A stretch of 32,000 nucleotides of DNA, from positions 4,110,001-4,142,000 of the forward strand of contig OY969938.1 in assembly GCA_963704755.1 (NCBI GenBank), given 5' to 3'. The notes beneath the pieces were generated by a model. The model searched no databases. It had not been told where the DNA came from and saw nothing but the letters and a program-made list of their open reading frames with translations. This document shows positions 1-8,231 of this stretch, one piece after another; position 1 is the stretch's first letter; each line of letters starts with the position of its first letter. This DNA is from an uncultured Chloroflexia bacterium. GTDB taxonomy: Bacteria; Chloroflexota; Anaerolineae; Anaerolineales; Anaerolineaceae. The position numbers were made by a program, and so were the translations under genes.

Positions 1-111
1 ATGGGGGAACAGATCCGGGCGGTATTGCCCACCCTGGGCGCATTTATCCGCACCAACCCGGACGAGACCTGGCAGAAGATCGAGCAAGAAAACTTCGCCC
101 AGGTCAAATAA
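1..111 (+). CDS. 3' end of an unidentified CDS (last 36 codons; runs off the left edge)
   Basis: Frame 1 is open from base 1 to TAA at 109-111 (...FIRTNPDETWQKIEQENFAQVK*). A terminator hairpin follows. Too short to assign a family. Confidence 0.4.
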   Translation: MGEQIRAVLPTLGAFIRTNPDETWQKIEQENFAQVK

Positions 112-182
112 AAAGGATGTGTTACTACTCCGGTTAGTTCGGAAATTCGGGGTGTTAGTCGAGTAGTTACAAAGATGTTTAA

Positions 183-234
183 ATTATGATCCCGTGCGGT
201 GAAACCCACGGGATCATAATTTAATATTTTTTTT
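183..234. terminator. Bidirectional intrinsic terminator between convergent genes
   Basis: Perfect 14-bp inverted repeat attatgatcccgtg (183-196) / cacgggatcataat (207-220) with a 10-nt loop. It is followed by ttaatatttttttt (221-234). It sits between the + CDS ending at 111 and the - CDS ending at 233. Confidence 0.7.
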
Positions 235-844
235 AGCCGGCTATTTCCGGCAGGCCCAATAACGCGGCGACTTCACAGACCGTCTCGGATTGCAACCCCT
301 GGTTATAAGCAGTTTCCATATCCTTGAGCATTAGATCGGTCACGTCCTGGAGCATGGCGCGTTTTTCCTCGGATGTGAGGTCGGCTCGTTTGCGGGTGAT
401 CTCGATTTCCGGGTGGTTGGATTTCCAGTTGGCCATCCATTCGTGCGCCGCAAAAGGCCGTTCGATCCAGGAGCCGATCAATTTGAAATCCCCTTCCATG
501 AAAGCGGCTACCGGGATGCTGTGAATATCCTGGCTGGTGAAGTATTCACGGATGCGCAGCCACTGCCGGCGGATGTAGATACGCAACTCCATCCTGGGTG
601 AGGCCTCGGCAATGCGGGCCAGGATGGGCAGGTTCATCAAACAATCGGTGCACCATTCCTCGGTCAACACGGCCATGTAAATCTGGCGGTCAAGGGACTT
701 GAATTGGTCTTGCTCGGCTTTGGTCAGGTGGACCTGGTCGTAACGCCGCCGCATAGCCTGCTTGTGGGTATCCATGGTCTCGATAAAGTCAGATAGGGTC
801 AATCCATAATCCCATACATTGCGGTCGATTGGGAAACCTGCCAA
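233..844 (-). CDS. Thioredoxin-family protein (WCxDC redox motif)
   Basis: Translation contains ...YMAVLTEEWCTDCLMNLPILARIAEASPRMELRIYIRR..., typical of the roughly 190-aa thioredoxin-like family. I prefer the TTG start at 844, preceded by GGAGGA with a 5-nt spacer. The track ORF extends to another TTG at 880, and an ATG at 775 is also possible. Confidence 0.75.
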   Translation of the reverse strand: MAGFPIDRNVWDYGLTLSDFIETMDTHKQAMRRRYDQVHLTKAEQDQFKSLDRQIYMAVLTEEWCTDCLMNLPILARIAEASPRMELRIYIRRQWLRIREYFTSQDIHSIPVAAFMEGDFKLIGSWIERPFAAHEWMANWKSNHPEIEITRKRADLTSEEKRAMLQDVTDLMLKDMETAYNQGLQSETVCEVAALLGLPEIAG

Positions 845-1130
845 AGCAATCCTCCAATATTTTTGTTTCGTTCGGGGCAATGCAACCCCGGCATAGCCGA
901 TCGTGCTGTTTTTATTTCCCCGGCTTATAGTTAATTTTAACTCACATTTCGTATTATTCCAGCCGGAAAATCGAGGCTGTACCGGCGGCCGGCTGGTGGC
1001 TTTATGGCCTCTTTAAGACCTGCGCTGTGCCAGGAGATTGGCTGGCGGATCGGTACTTTCCCTCCCGCCAGCCAAAACTGATTTAAAGATACCCCCTGTT
1101 GGGACCTCTTTCGTGGCCCCTGGCAAGCGA

Positions 1131-1763
1131 TCAACTGCCGTAGGCTTCGTCGTAGTCGGCCATGGCCGCTTCAACCACTTTCATCGCGCGGGATGCGTCA
1201 TAGACTGCTTCGATAAAGGTCTGGTTTTCTTTGCCGGGCACTAACTTATAGGTGCCAAAGTAATGGCGCAGGCGCTCGACCAAAACGCTGGGCAAGTCGC
1301 TGACGTCATTGGCATTTTCCCAGAACTTATCGTTGGCCAGAACGGCAATGATCTTGTCATCCGCATCGCCGTTGTCGATCATCAACAGGCCACCGACAAC
1401 CCGGGCGTTCAAAATGATCTCGGATTTGGTGATGGGCCGTTCACTGATGACACAAATATCGAGCGGATCACCGTCACCACGGCCGGCCGTGGGAGACAAA
1501 TCACCAACGCGTTTGCCGCAATATGTGCGTGGAATAAACCCGTAGAGCGTAGGAGGTTGCGAAGAGCTGCGCTGTGGGCGGTCCACTTTCAGGTAACCGG
1601 TCGTCTTTTCAACTTCGTACTTGACCAGATCGAACGGTGTAATTTCGATGTAGGCAGTGACGACTTGGGGTGGGTTTGGGCCAACTTCAAGCCCGTGCCA
1701 CGGGTGTGGTCGCCAGCGATAAAAAGGATTGGGAAAAGTCAAATTAGTCACCTCAAAATACAT
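1131..1763 (-). CDS. ppa: Inorganic diphosphatase (family I pyrophosphatase)
   Basis: [45 protein letters not shown] and DDKIIAV motifs match the family I PPase fold. The ATG at 1763 has a weak RBS; a TTG at 1742 behind GAGGTG is an alternative start. Confidence 0.9.
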   Translation of the reverse strand: MYFEVTNLTFPNPFYRWRPHPWHGLEVGPNPPQVVTAYIEITPFDLVKYEVEKTTGYLKVDRPQRSSSQPPTLYGFIPRTYCGKRVGDLSPTAGRGDGDPLDICVISERPITKSEIILNARVVGGLLMIDNGDADDKIIAVLANDKFWENANDVSDLPSVLVERLRHYFGTYKLVPGKENQTFIEAVYDASRAMKVVEAAMADYDEAYGS

Positions 1764-2335
1764 TACAGGTTTAGTCTAATTATATCCTATACCATCGTTA
1801 TCACCTGGGATAAATATTGATTTCTGGTAATCACCCAGGCACAGGGTTCTTCTGGCCGGTCGTTAATGAGATTGACATAGAAATTACACAAATTTCTAAT
1901 TCGATCTGAATTGAATCTAAACAAGTCTGGCCTATATTATCACTGTGGTTTTCCCCTGGGCCGACATAGCAAATATTCCTTTTTGATTTCGGGGCAGCCT
2001 TCCATCGCAATAGCAATCCAGGGGAAGGCCCATCTTAAATTCGCCCGATTTCTGGGGCTTGATATTCCTCGAGAAATACATTCCTGGTGCCCGGCGCATC
2101 AGGTCAAACTTCAGCCACAAATCCTTATAACGCCTTTTGGCATAACATGGGAACCAGAAGCAAGCGGTTTTTTCGCCCCTCGTTTCTAGAAAGCCGTTTC
2201 CGCCTTTCCTGGTGACCGGCCAACGATCGCATAAGGGGAAGTGGGAGAATCCGTAGGCCTGACTGCTTCCAAAATAGTATCTGGATTCCTTGCGGCCTGA
2301 GGATCAACAAACCAAGAAATTGGAAAGTTTCTTGT

Positions 2336-2366
2336 TTGACAGGATAAGAACTTAAAAAAATATAAA
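2336..2366 (+). promoter_or_regulatory. Candidate sigma70-type promoter for the 2391 gene
   Basis: TTGACA at 2336-2341. A/T-rich -10 candidates are aatata (2359-2364, 17-nt spacer) and tataaa (2361-2366, 19-nt spacer). Sequence match only. Confidence 0.3.
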
Positions 2367-2390
2367 TGAGGATACAAAACAGGTACTTCG

Positions 2391-3335
2391 ATGAAATCAA
2401 AGAAATCAACCTTTAACTTGCTTGTTGATTTTGTCTTATTTATTGGTTTTTTGGTTTTGTTCTTTCTAGACTTTACCGGGCTCAATTTGCACCAGTGGTT
2501 GGGGGTCGCCATGGGAGGGGTGGTGCTGTACCACCTGGTGGGTCATTGGAAATGGGTAGTGGCGGTGGTTAACAGCGTCAAACAGGCAGCGGGCAAGAAG
2601 GTGGGGCTGTTTTTTGCCCTGGATACAGCTATTTTGTTTGGCCTGACCTTGATTTTAGTCAGCGGGTTAGCCATCTCCTCCTGGTTTAATCTCCCCCTGA
2701 CAAACCCGGGCGCATGGGTTGATTTGCATATTTCTTTATCGATCATGACCCTGGTTCTAATCGTGGTCAAGATCGGGCTGCACTGGCAGTGGATTGTGAA
2801 AAATATTGGGCGGGGTTTCTCTTCTGCGCGGCCTCTTGCAGCCCGACCGCTGCCGGTCAGCACACAAATTGACCGCCAGAGGATCAGCCGGCGCCAATTT
2901 TTGACCTTGATGGGCGTAGTTTCGCTCGCCGCTTACTTATCCATTCGCAACGTTTTGAGAGTTGAGGATCCGCTGGTTGCCAAGGCATCCTATACAGGAA
3001 CAGAGGCGGGCCAGGGGGCAGCCCAGGATCCCGGTACGGCCGCCGGGTCACTGCCCTCCACCGGTTCCAACTCAGCCACAGGCATTGTCGTTGGGGAAAT
3101 ACAACCAACGAATACGGAATTACCTGCAAACGAGCAGTTTTCTTCAAGTACGGAATCCCAGGCCACCCGTTCTGCCGGACCATCGGGTGCGGATTCCTTG
3201 TCTCAGCAGAGCAGTTCAGGGCTATCCGAAACATGTTCTGTGCGCTGTAACCGGGGCTGTTCTTATCCCGGCCATTGCCGCCGCTATGTTGATACGAATT
3301 CCAACGGCAAATGTGATCTGGGCGAATGCGTATAG
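2391..3335 (+). CDS. DUF4405-like (cytochrome b-like) polytopic membrane protein with a Cys-rich C-terminal module
   Basis: Four N-terminal TM helices carry conserved His (LHQW, YHLVGHW, DLHISL, GLHWQW). Next comes an internal RISRRQFLTLMGVVSLAAYL segment, then a low-complexity Ser/Thr/Gly/Ala linker. The C-terminus is CSVRCNRGCSYPGHCRRYVDTNSNGKCDLGEC. Confidence 0.6.
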   Translation: MKSKKSTFNLLVDFVLFIGFLVLFFLDFTGLNLHQWLGVAMGGVVLYHLVGHWKWVVAVVNSVKQAAGKKVGLFFALDTAILFGLTLILVSGLAISSWFNLPLTNPGAWVDLHISLSIMTLVLIVVKIGLHWQWIVKNIGRGFSSARPLAARPLPVSTQIDRQRISRRQFLTLMGVVSLAAYLSIRNVLRVEDPLVAKASYTGTEAGQGAAQDPGTAAGSLPSTGSNSATGIVVGEIQPTNTELPANEQFSSSTESQATRSAGPSGADSLSQQSSSGLSETCSVRCNRGCSYPGHCRRYVDTNSNGKCDLGECV

Positions 3336-3342
3336 GCAATTC

Positions 3343-3384
3343 TTGCGGGCGCCGCGTTTTCCATCTGATACCCGGCGCCCGCAA
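3343..3384 (+). terminator. GC-rich hairpin downstream of the 2391-3335 gene (possible terminator, no U-tract)
   Basis: 12-bp stem ttgcgggcgccg (3343-3354) / cggcgcccgcaa (3373-3384). No T-run follows. Confidence 0.35.
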
Positions 3385-3436
3385 CTTGACACCTGACACC
3401 TGCCACTTAATCACCGAATCACTGAATTACTCTCCC

Positions 3437-3464
3437 TTGACTTCTTCCCCAAAACCCGTATAAT
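3437..3464 (+). promoter_or_regulatory. Near-consensus sigma70 promoter of the T-box/trpS transcript
   Basis: -35 TTGACT (3437-3442), 16-nt spacer, -10 TATAAT (3459-3464), immediately upstream of the T-box leader. Confidence 0.65.
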
Positions 3465-3470
3465 ATTTTG

Positions 3471-3797
3471 AAAGCAATACAAGAAAGACGTTGACGAGGA
3501 CGAGTACGCACCATCAGGACGGTACAGAGAGCAGGAACCGGTGAGAACCTGCCCGAACAGTGATGCGGAATGGACCTCTGAGTCGCAGGGTGAACACTTT
3601 GTAAGTAACCCGAGCCGGAGTTGCCACCGTTATCAAGGTAAAGGGTATCGTCAAGGTTGATTTGACCGTACTCGAAAAGAGTGAGGCTGGCTTTTTCCCC
3701 TGTGTGCATCACCAGGGGATTTTTTTATAACAGCGGCCTAACCGGGGTGGCACCACGGACCTGAGTTCGTCCCCAAGGACTCAGGTCTTTTTGTTTT
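3471..3797 (+). promoter_or_regulatory. T-box riboswitch leader, tryptophan specifier (UGG)
   Basis: Stem I elements run in canonical order: GA motif tgacgagga, AG bulge cagagagc, distal loop ggtgagaa. The specifier loop is gcggaa-TGG-a, with UGG at 3571-3573 followed by the conserved purine. An F-box-like ccgtta and Stem III (3697-3718) follow. The T-box sequence is aaccggggtggcaccacgg (3739-3757). Its UGGC bulge complements a G73-CCA acceptor end, as expected for bacterial tRNA-Trp. The terminator is ggacctgagt (3756-3765) / actcaggtc (3778-3786) + tttttgtttt. Confidence 0.9.
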
Positions 3798-3814
3798 AAT
3801 CTACGGAGGTAACC

Positions 3815-4864
3815 ATGAACCAACCTAACAAGCGTATTTTGGCAGGGCATCGCCCAACCGGACCGCGCCATATCGGCCACCTGGTGGGGACATTGACCAA
3901 TTGGGCCAGGCTGCAGGACGAATACGAATGCTTTTTCCTGGTAGCCGACCTGCACGTGTTGACCACCGACTTCGAGCACCCCGAAGTGGTGCGCCAGAAC
4001 TCGCTCGAAGTTGTGGCCGACTGGCTGGCGGCCGGGATCGATCCGCAGCGCAGTACCCTGGTGCTGCAATCGGCGGTGGCCGAACACAGCCAACTGGCCG
4101 TTCTGTTGAGCATGCTGGTGAGCGAATCGCGCCTGCGCCGGGTGCCCACTTATAAGGAGCAGGTCAACCAGCTCAATTTGCAGCCCTCCTTGGGCCTGTT
4201 GACGTACCCGGTGCTGCAGGCAGCCGACATTTTACTCTACAAAGCCAGCGGTGTGCCGGTCGGCGAAGACCAGCTTCCGCATATCGAGCTTTCCCGTGAA
4301 ATTGCCCGCCGGTTCAACCAGCTCTACGGAGCGACCTTCCCTGAGCCGGAAGCGCTGCTGTCCAAAATGCCGCGCCTGCCGGGCACCGATAACCGCACCA
4401 TGCATTTTTCGTACGGCAACACCATTTTGTTGAAAGATACTCCCGAGGAGACCACCCGCAAGGTGATGGAAATGTACACCGACCCGACCCGCATCCACGC
4501 GGATGACCCCGGTCATGTAGAAAATAACCCGGTCTTCACTTACCTGGAACAATTCGACTCGGATTCCGAGCAAGTCGAGGAATTCAAATCGCGTTACCTG
4601 GCCGGCAAAATCGGTGATGTGGAAATCAAAAAGGTACTGGCCCGCAGCATCAACACTGCCCTGGAACCCATCCGCCAACGGCGGGCGAAGCTAATCAACC
4701 AGCCGGCCTACCTGCGCGATGTGCTTTACCTGGGCAGCCTAAAAGCGCGCCAGATTGCACACGAGACCCTGGACGAAACCCTTACCAAAATGGGGCTGAC
4801 CCTGGGCCTGGCGTTGCAGCCAGAAAATGCGAACCTGGATTACCCCAAAGGCGCATTCTGCTAA
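3815..4864 (+). CDS. trpS: Tryptophan--tRNA ligase (class I aaRS), with a divergent KMSKS position
   Basis: GGAGG RBS at 3804-3808. HIGH motif is PRHIGHLVG. GLLTYPVLQAADILLY and VPVGEDQLPHIELSREIARRFN are TrpRS signatures. A Trp-specific T-box lies upstream. The KMSKS position reads TMHFS (4397-4411). Confidence 0.9.
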   Translation: MNQPNKRILAGHRPTGPRHIGHLVGTLTNWARLQDEYECFFLVADLHVLTTDFEHPEVVRQNSLEVVADWLAAGIDPQRSTLVLQSAVAEHSQLAVLLSMLVSESRLRRVPTYKEQVNQLNLQPSLGLLTYPVLQAADILLYKASGVPVGEDQLPHIELSREIARRFNQLYGATFPEPEALLSKMPRLPGTDNRTMHFSYGNTILLKDTPEETTRKVMEMYTDPTRIHADDPGHVENNPVFTYLEQFDSDSEQVEEFKSRYLAGKIGDVEIKKVLARSINTALEPIRQRRAKLINQPAYLRDVLYLGSLKARQIAHETLDETLTKMGLTLGLALQPENANLDYPKGAFC

Positions 4865-4995
4865 AGACATATCCGGAAAATACCATTGGGTGTTTCTTGT
4901 CGCATTGCCGCCAAAAAACACCCAAAGGAATTTTAGAAAAGTACCTGTGAAGAAAACGCGAAATTCAAACCCAAAAACAGCAATAGGAGTAGATA

Positions 4996-6381
4996 ATGGA
5001 CGACCAACGAACCCGCTTTATCCTTTCGGAAAATGACCTGCCGAAATTTTGGTACAACATGCTGGCCGATAGCCCGGTAGCCCCCCAGCCGGTGCTGCAT
5101 CCGGGTACGCTCGAACCGGTCACTCCGGACTTTCTCAACGTGCTCTTCCCAATGGAAATAATCATGCAGGAGGTCAGCACCGAACGCTATATCGAAATTC
5201 CCGAAGAAGTCCGCGAAGCCTACAAGCTCTACCGGCCTACGCCGCTGATCCGGGCGCGCCGCCTGGAAAAGAAATTGGGCACCCCGGCGCACATCTATTA
5301 CAAATACGAAGGCGCATCGCCTTCTGGCAGCCACAAGCTCAATACCGCGCTGCCCCAGGCCTTTTACAACAAGGTTTCTGGCACCCGCGCGCTGACCACC
5401 GAGACCGGCGCCGGGCAGTGGGGTTCGGCTCTGTCGATGGCCTGCAATTTCTTCGACCTGGACCTGGAGGTCTATATGGTCAAGGTTTCTTATCAGCAAA
5501 AGCCTTACCGGCGCTACCTGATGGAGACCTACGGCGCGCAGGTGTTCGCCAGTCCCACCGACCGGACCAACGCCGGGCGGGCCATGCTAGAAAAGGATCC
5601 CAACAGCCCCGGCTCGCTGGGATTGGCCATATCCGAAGCCGTGGAAGTGGCGGCCACCTCCAATGGAGCCAAGAAATATTCGCTCGGCTCGGTTTTGAAC
5701 CACGTGCTGATGCACCAGTCGGTGATTGGCGAGGAATCGCTCAAACAAATGGACATGGCCGGCGAATACCCGGACGTGGTCATCGGCTGTGTCGGGGGCG
5801 GGTCGAATTTCGGTGGGATCGCCTATCCCTTCCTGCGCGAAAACCTGCTGAACGGCCAGCGCACCCGCCTGCTGGCGGTCGAACCGGCGGCGGCCCCCTC
5901 GCTGACCCGCGGGGTGTACGCCTTCGACTACGGCGATACGGCCCAGATGGCCCCGGTGGTGAAGATGTATACCCTGGGCCATTCTTTCATCCCTGCCTCG
6001 ATCCATGCCGGCGGGTTGCGCTATCACGGCATGGCGCCCTCACTGTGCCTGCTGTACGACGCCGGTTTAATCGAGGCTGTGGCCGTGCACCAGAAATCTA
6101 CCTTCGAGGCGGCCATCACCTTTGCCCGTACGGAAGGGATCCTGCCTGCCCCTGAGTCGGCCCACGCCATCCGCGCCGCTATCGACGAAGCCCTGGCGGC
6201 TAAAGAGAGCGGGGAGAAGAAGGTGATCTTGTTCAACCTGTCCGGTCACGGCAATTTCGATTTGACCGCGTACGATGCGTACAATAACGGCCAACTGGAA
6301 GATTACGAACTGCCCGAAGAAGAAATCCAGGCCATCCCCGGCCGTTTGCCCAAAGTGCCCACCTCGGTCGCAGCCGATTAA
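4996..6381 (+). CDS. trpB2: TrpB-like PLP-dependent enzyme (tryptophan synthase beta paralog, TrpB2 type)
   Basis: At 461 aa it has the long TrpB2-type N-terminus. It carries the PLP-lysine motif [21 protein letters not shown] and [16 protein letters not shown] lies before the ATG. Confidence 0.9.
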   Translation: MDDQRTRFILSENDLPKFWYNMLADSPVAPQPVLHPGTLEPVTPDFLNVLFPMEIIMQEVSTERYIEIPEEVREAYKLYRPTPLIRARRLEKKLGTPAHIYYKYEGASPSGSHKLNTALPQAFYNKVSGTRALTTETGAGQWGSALSMACNFFDLDLEVYMVKVSYQQKPYRRYLMETYGAQVFASPTDRTNAGRAMLEKDPNSPGSLGLAISEAVEVAATSNGAKKYSLGSVLNHVLMHQSVIGEESLKQMDMAGEYPDVVIGCVGGGSNFGGIAYPFLRENLLNGQRTRLLAVEPAAAPSLTRGVYAFDYGDTAQMAPVVKMYTLGHSFIPASIHAGGLRYHGMAPSLCLLYDAGLIEAVAVHQKSTFEAAITFARTEGILPAPESAHAIRAAIDEALAAKESGEKKVILFNLSGHGNFDLTAYDAYNNGQLEDYELPEEEIQAIPGRLPKVPTSVAAD

Positions 6382-6411
6382 GGCCGACCTTTCTGTTTCT
6401 CCTCCTTACAT

Positions 6412-6443
6412 GCAGCGGGATCCCCGGACCAGGATCCCGCTGC
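6412..6443 (+). terminator. Hairpin downstream of trpB2 (possible terminator, no U-tract)
   Basis: 12-bp stem gcagcgggatcc / ggatcccgctgc with an 8-nt loop. A second 12-bp hairpin agcgtagctcgg / ccgagctacgct follows at about 6470-6506. Confidence 0.4.
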
Positions 6444-6516
6444 GGAGTTAAAGCCCCGGCTAATTTTCGGGTAGCGTAGCTCGGATTTCAAACCCGAGCT
6501 ACGCTTGGTCAGGCAA

Positions 6517-7215
6517 GCCCCTGGCTTTCAAAACTCGGTTTCGGGCTGGCGTTGAAGGGCGGCCTCGGCCGACGGAACGGAGGTGAGACCGGGCCGAACA
6601 ATACGTCTTACTTCTAAATTTTGCCAGTTTGCCTTCTATTAAGAAGAACTTAACGCCTTCCCCCTTTATGGGGGAAGGTTGGGATGGGGGCTAACGCCGG
6701 TCAACCAGGGCTTCATTGGGTTATCGAGGACAGGCCAATCTCCGGCGTAGGTAGTGTGCCTCTACAATAGATGGTTACTTGGCTACCCAAACCGGGTTCT
6801 AAAATTGGTGTTGAAGAGCGGCCTCGGCCGACGGAACGGAGGTGAGACCGGGCCGAACAATACGTCTTACTTCTAAATTTTGCCAGTTTGCCTTCTATTA
6901 AGAAGAACTTAACGCCTTCCCCCTTTATGGGGGAAGGTTGGGATGGGGGCTAACGCCGGCCAACCAGGGCTTTATTGGGTTATCGAGGACAGGCCAATCT
7001 CCGGCGTAGGTAGTGTGCCTCTACAATAGATGGTTACTTGGCTACCCAAACTGGATTCTAAAATTGGCGTTGAAGAGCGGCCTCGGTCTGGAGACCGGGC
7101 CGAACAATAAGTTTTAATTCTGCCGGGTATCGAGTTATCCGCTTTTAGGAGGGGCTTAACGCCTTCCCCCTTTATGGGGGAAGGTTGGGATGAGGGCTAA
7201 CGCCGGTCAACCAGG
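6517..7215. repeat. Tandem direct repeat, 259-nt unit, about 2.6 copies (family A)
   Basis: gttgaag(g/a)gcggcctcgg recurs at 6551, 6810 and 7069, a period of exactly 259. Units 1 and 2 are near-identical; unit 3 is truncated and remodelled. Each unit has the hairpin ccttccccc-tttat-gggggaagg plus a ttgggatggggg tail. The ORF track shows no ORF of 60 aa or more. Confidence 0.9.
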
Positions 7216-7222
7216 TAAATAA

Positions 7223-7262
7223 AATAACAACCAGGCGCACCATAATGTGCCTGGTTGTTATT
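7223..7262 (-). terminator. Intrinsic terminator of the ccm operon
   Basis: 14-bp stem aataacaaccaggc (7223-7236) / gcctggttgttatt (7249-7262). On the minus strand the hairpin is followed by TTTTATTTAC. It lies 29 nt downstream of the ccmD stop. Confidence 0.7.
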
Positions 7263-7290
7263 CGTGCGAACAATTAGGATCTATCAGTGT

Positions 7291-7485
7291 TTATCTGTGT
7301 GTGTCTGTGGCCAAAATTGACTGCTTATCCGGGTCTTCCTGTTTTTCCAGATCGGCCAACATTTTTTCGTCCTGGACCAGGTTGCGCCAGCGTACGACCA
7401 GGCTGATCAGGTAGATCAGCAAGATGCCAAAAATGACCACGTAGCCGGCCACAAAATAGGAGAGGGTATTTGCAGGAGTATCCAT
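7291..7485 (-). CDS. ccmD: Heme exporter protein D (CcmD-like small single-TM protein)
   Basis: 64 aa with one TM followed by basic residues (YFVAGYVVIFGILLIYLISLVVRWRN). It sits immediately after ccmC, with a GAAGGAGA RBS. Confidence 0.65.
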   Translation of the reverse strand: MDTPANTLSYFVAGYVVIFGILLIYLISLVVRWRNLVQDEKMLADLEKQEDPDKQSILATDTHR

Positions 7486-7501
7486 GACTATTCTCCTTCA
7501 C

Positions 7502-8200
7502 TCAAGATTGTAACTTCAATTTTAGTTCTTCGACCCGCGTGGCCAGTTTCCCCAGGCGGTAGCGGTGCCAGAGCAGGTCCAGGTAGCCCACGGTGAATAC
7601 GAACAGGCTGAACATGAACGTTTGCAGCATACGGGGGGTCATGTCGAAAGAGCCGGTCGCGGAGGGATCGCTGCCGCCGATGACCACCGGGTGGATGGTG
7701 CGGAACAGGCGGATCGAGAAGAAAGTCAATGGAACGCTGATGAACCCGATGATAGCGTAAACTGCCCCAAAGCGGGCGCGCCGTTCGGGCTCCTCGATGC
7801 CGGCGCGCAGCATCATGTAGGCAAAGTAGATCAACTCCATAATGGTGACCGTGGTCAGGCGCGGGTCCCAGGTCCACCAGGTGTTCCAGATCGGGCGTGC
7901 CCAAATCGAGCCGGTGATAATCGTAATCAACGTGAAAGCAATCCCAATTTCAACAGCGGCAACAGCGACCAGGTCCAGGATCATTTTCTTGTTGATCAGG
8001 TAAAACACGCCCACCACAGCGGCTACCCCAAAACTGAGCATTCCAATCCAGGCCGAGGAAACGTGGAAATAGAACACCTTCTGGACGAGGCCCATCACGG
8101 CCTCGACCGGCGCGTAGAAAAAAACCATCGCTGCGGCGGCCAGCAGAAGGAGGACACTCAACACGTCCAGGTAAGTTAATAATCTAGGCTTTTGCTCCAT
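7502..8200 (-). CDS. ccmC: Heme exporter / heme-handling protein CcmC
   Basis: WWD motif WARPIWNTWWTWDPRLT and a multi-TM profile. I chose the ATG at 8200 (GGAGG plus 8-nt spacer) over the TTG at 8215 used by the track. Confidence 0.9.
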   Translation of the reverse strand: MEQKPRLLTYLDVLSVLLLLAAAAMVFFYAPVEAVMGLVQKVFYFHVSSAWIGMLSFGVAAVVGVFYLINKKMILDLVAVAAVEIGIAFTLITIITGSIWARPIWNTWWTWDPRLTTVTIMELIYFAYMMLRAGIEEPERRARFGAVYAIIGFISVPLTFFSIRLFRTIHPVVIGGSDPSATGSFDMTPRMLQTFMFSLFVFTVGYLDLLWHRYRLGKLATRVEELKLKLQS

Positions 8201-8231
8201 CGCGAACACCTCCAAAAAACAGGGATCACTC

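Noticed and set aside
1911-2189. Short ORFs in the AT-rich gap (1831-2016, 1911-2189, 1932-2120, 2125-2409, 2186-2512)
   Set aside because: They are mutually overlapping, lack RBSs and have no recognisable motifs. They are retained only as a low-interest region in the findings.
3697-3727. Hairpin cccctg...cagggg followed by attttttta, resembling a second intrinsic terminator inside the trpS leader
   Set aside because: Its position immediately 5' of the T-box sequence matches Stem III of the T-box architecture. The functional terminator/antiterminator pair lies at 3739-3797.
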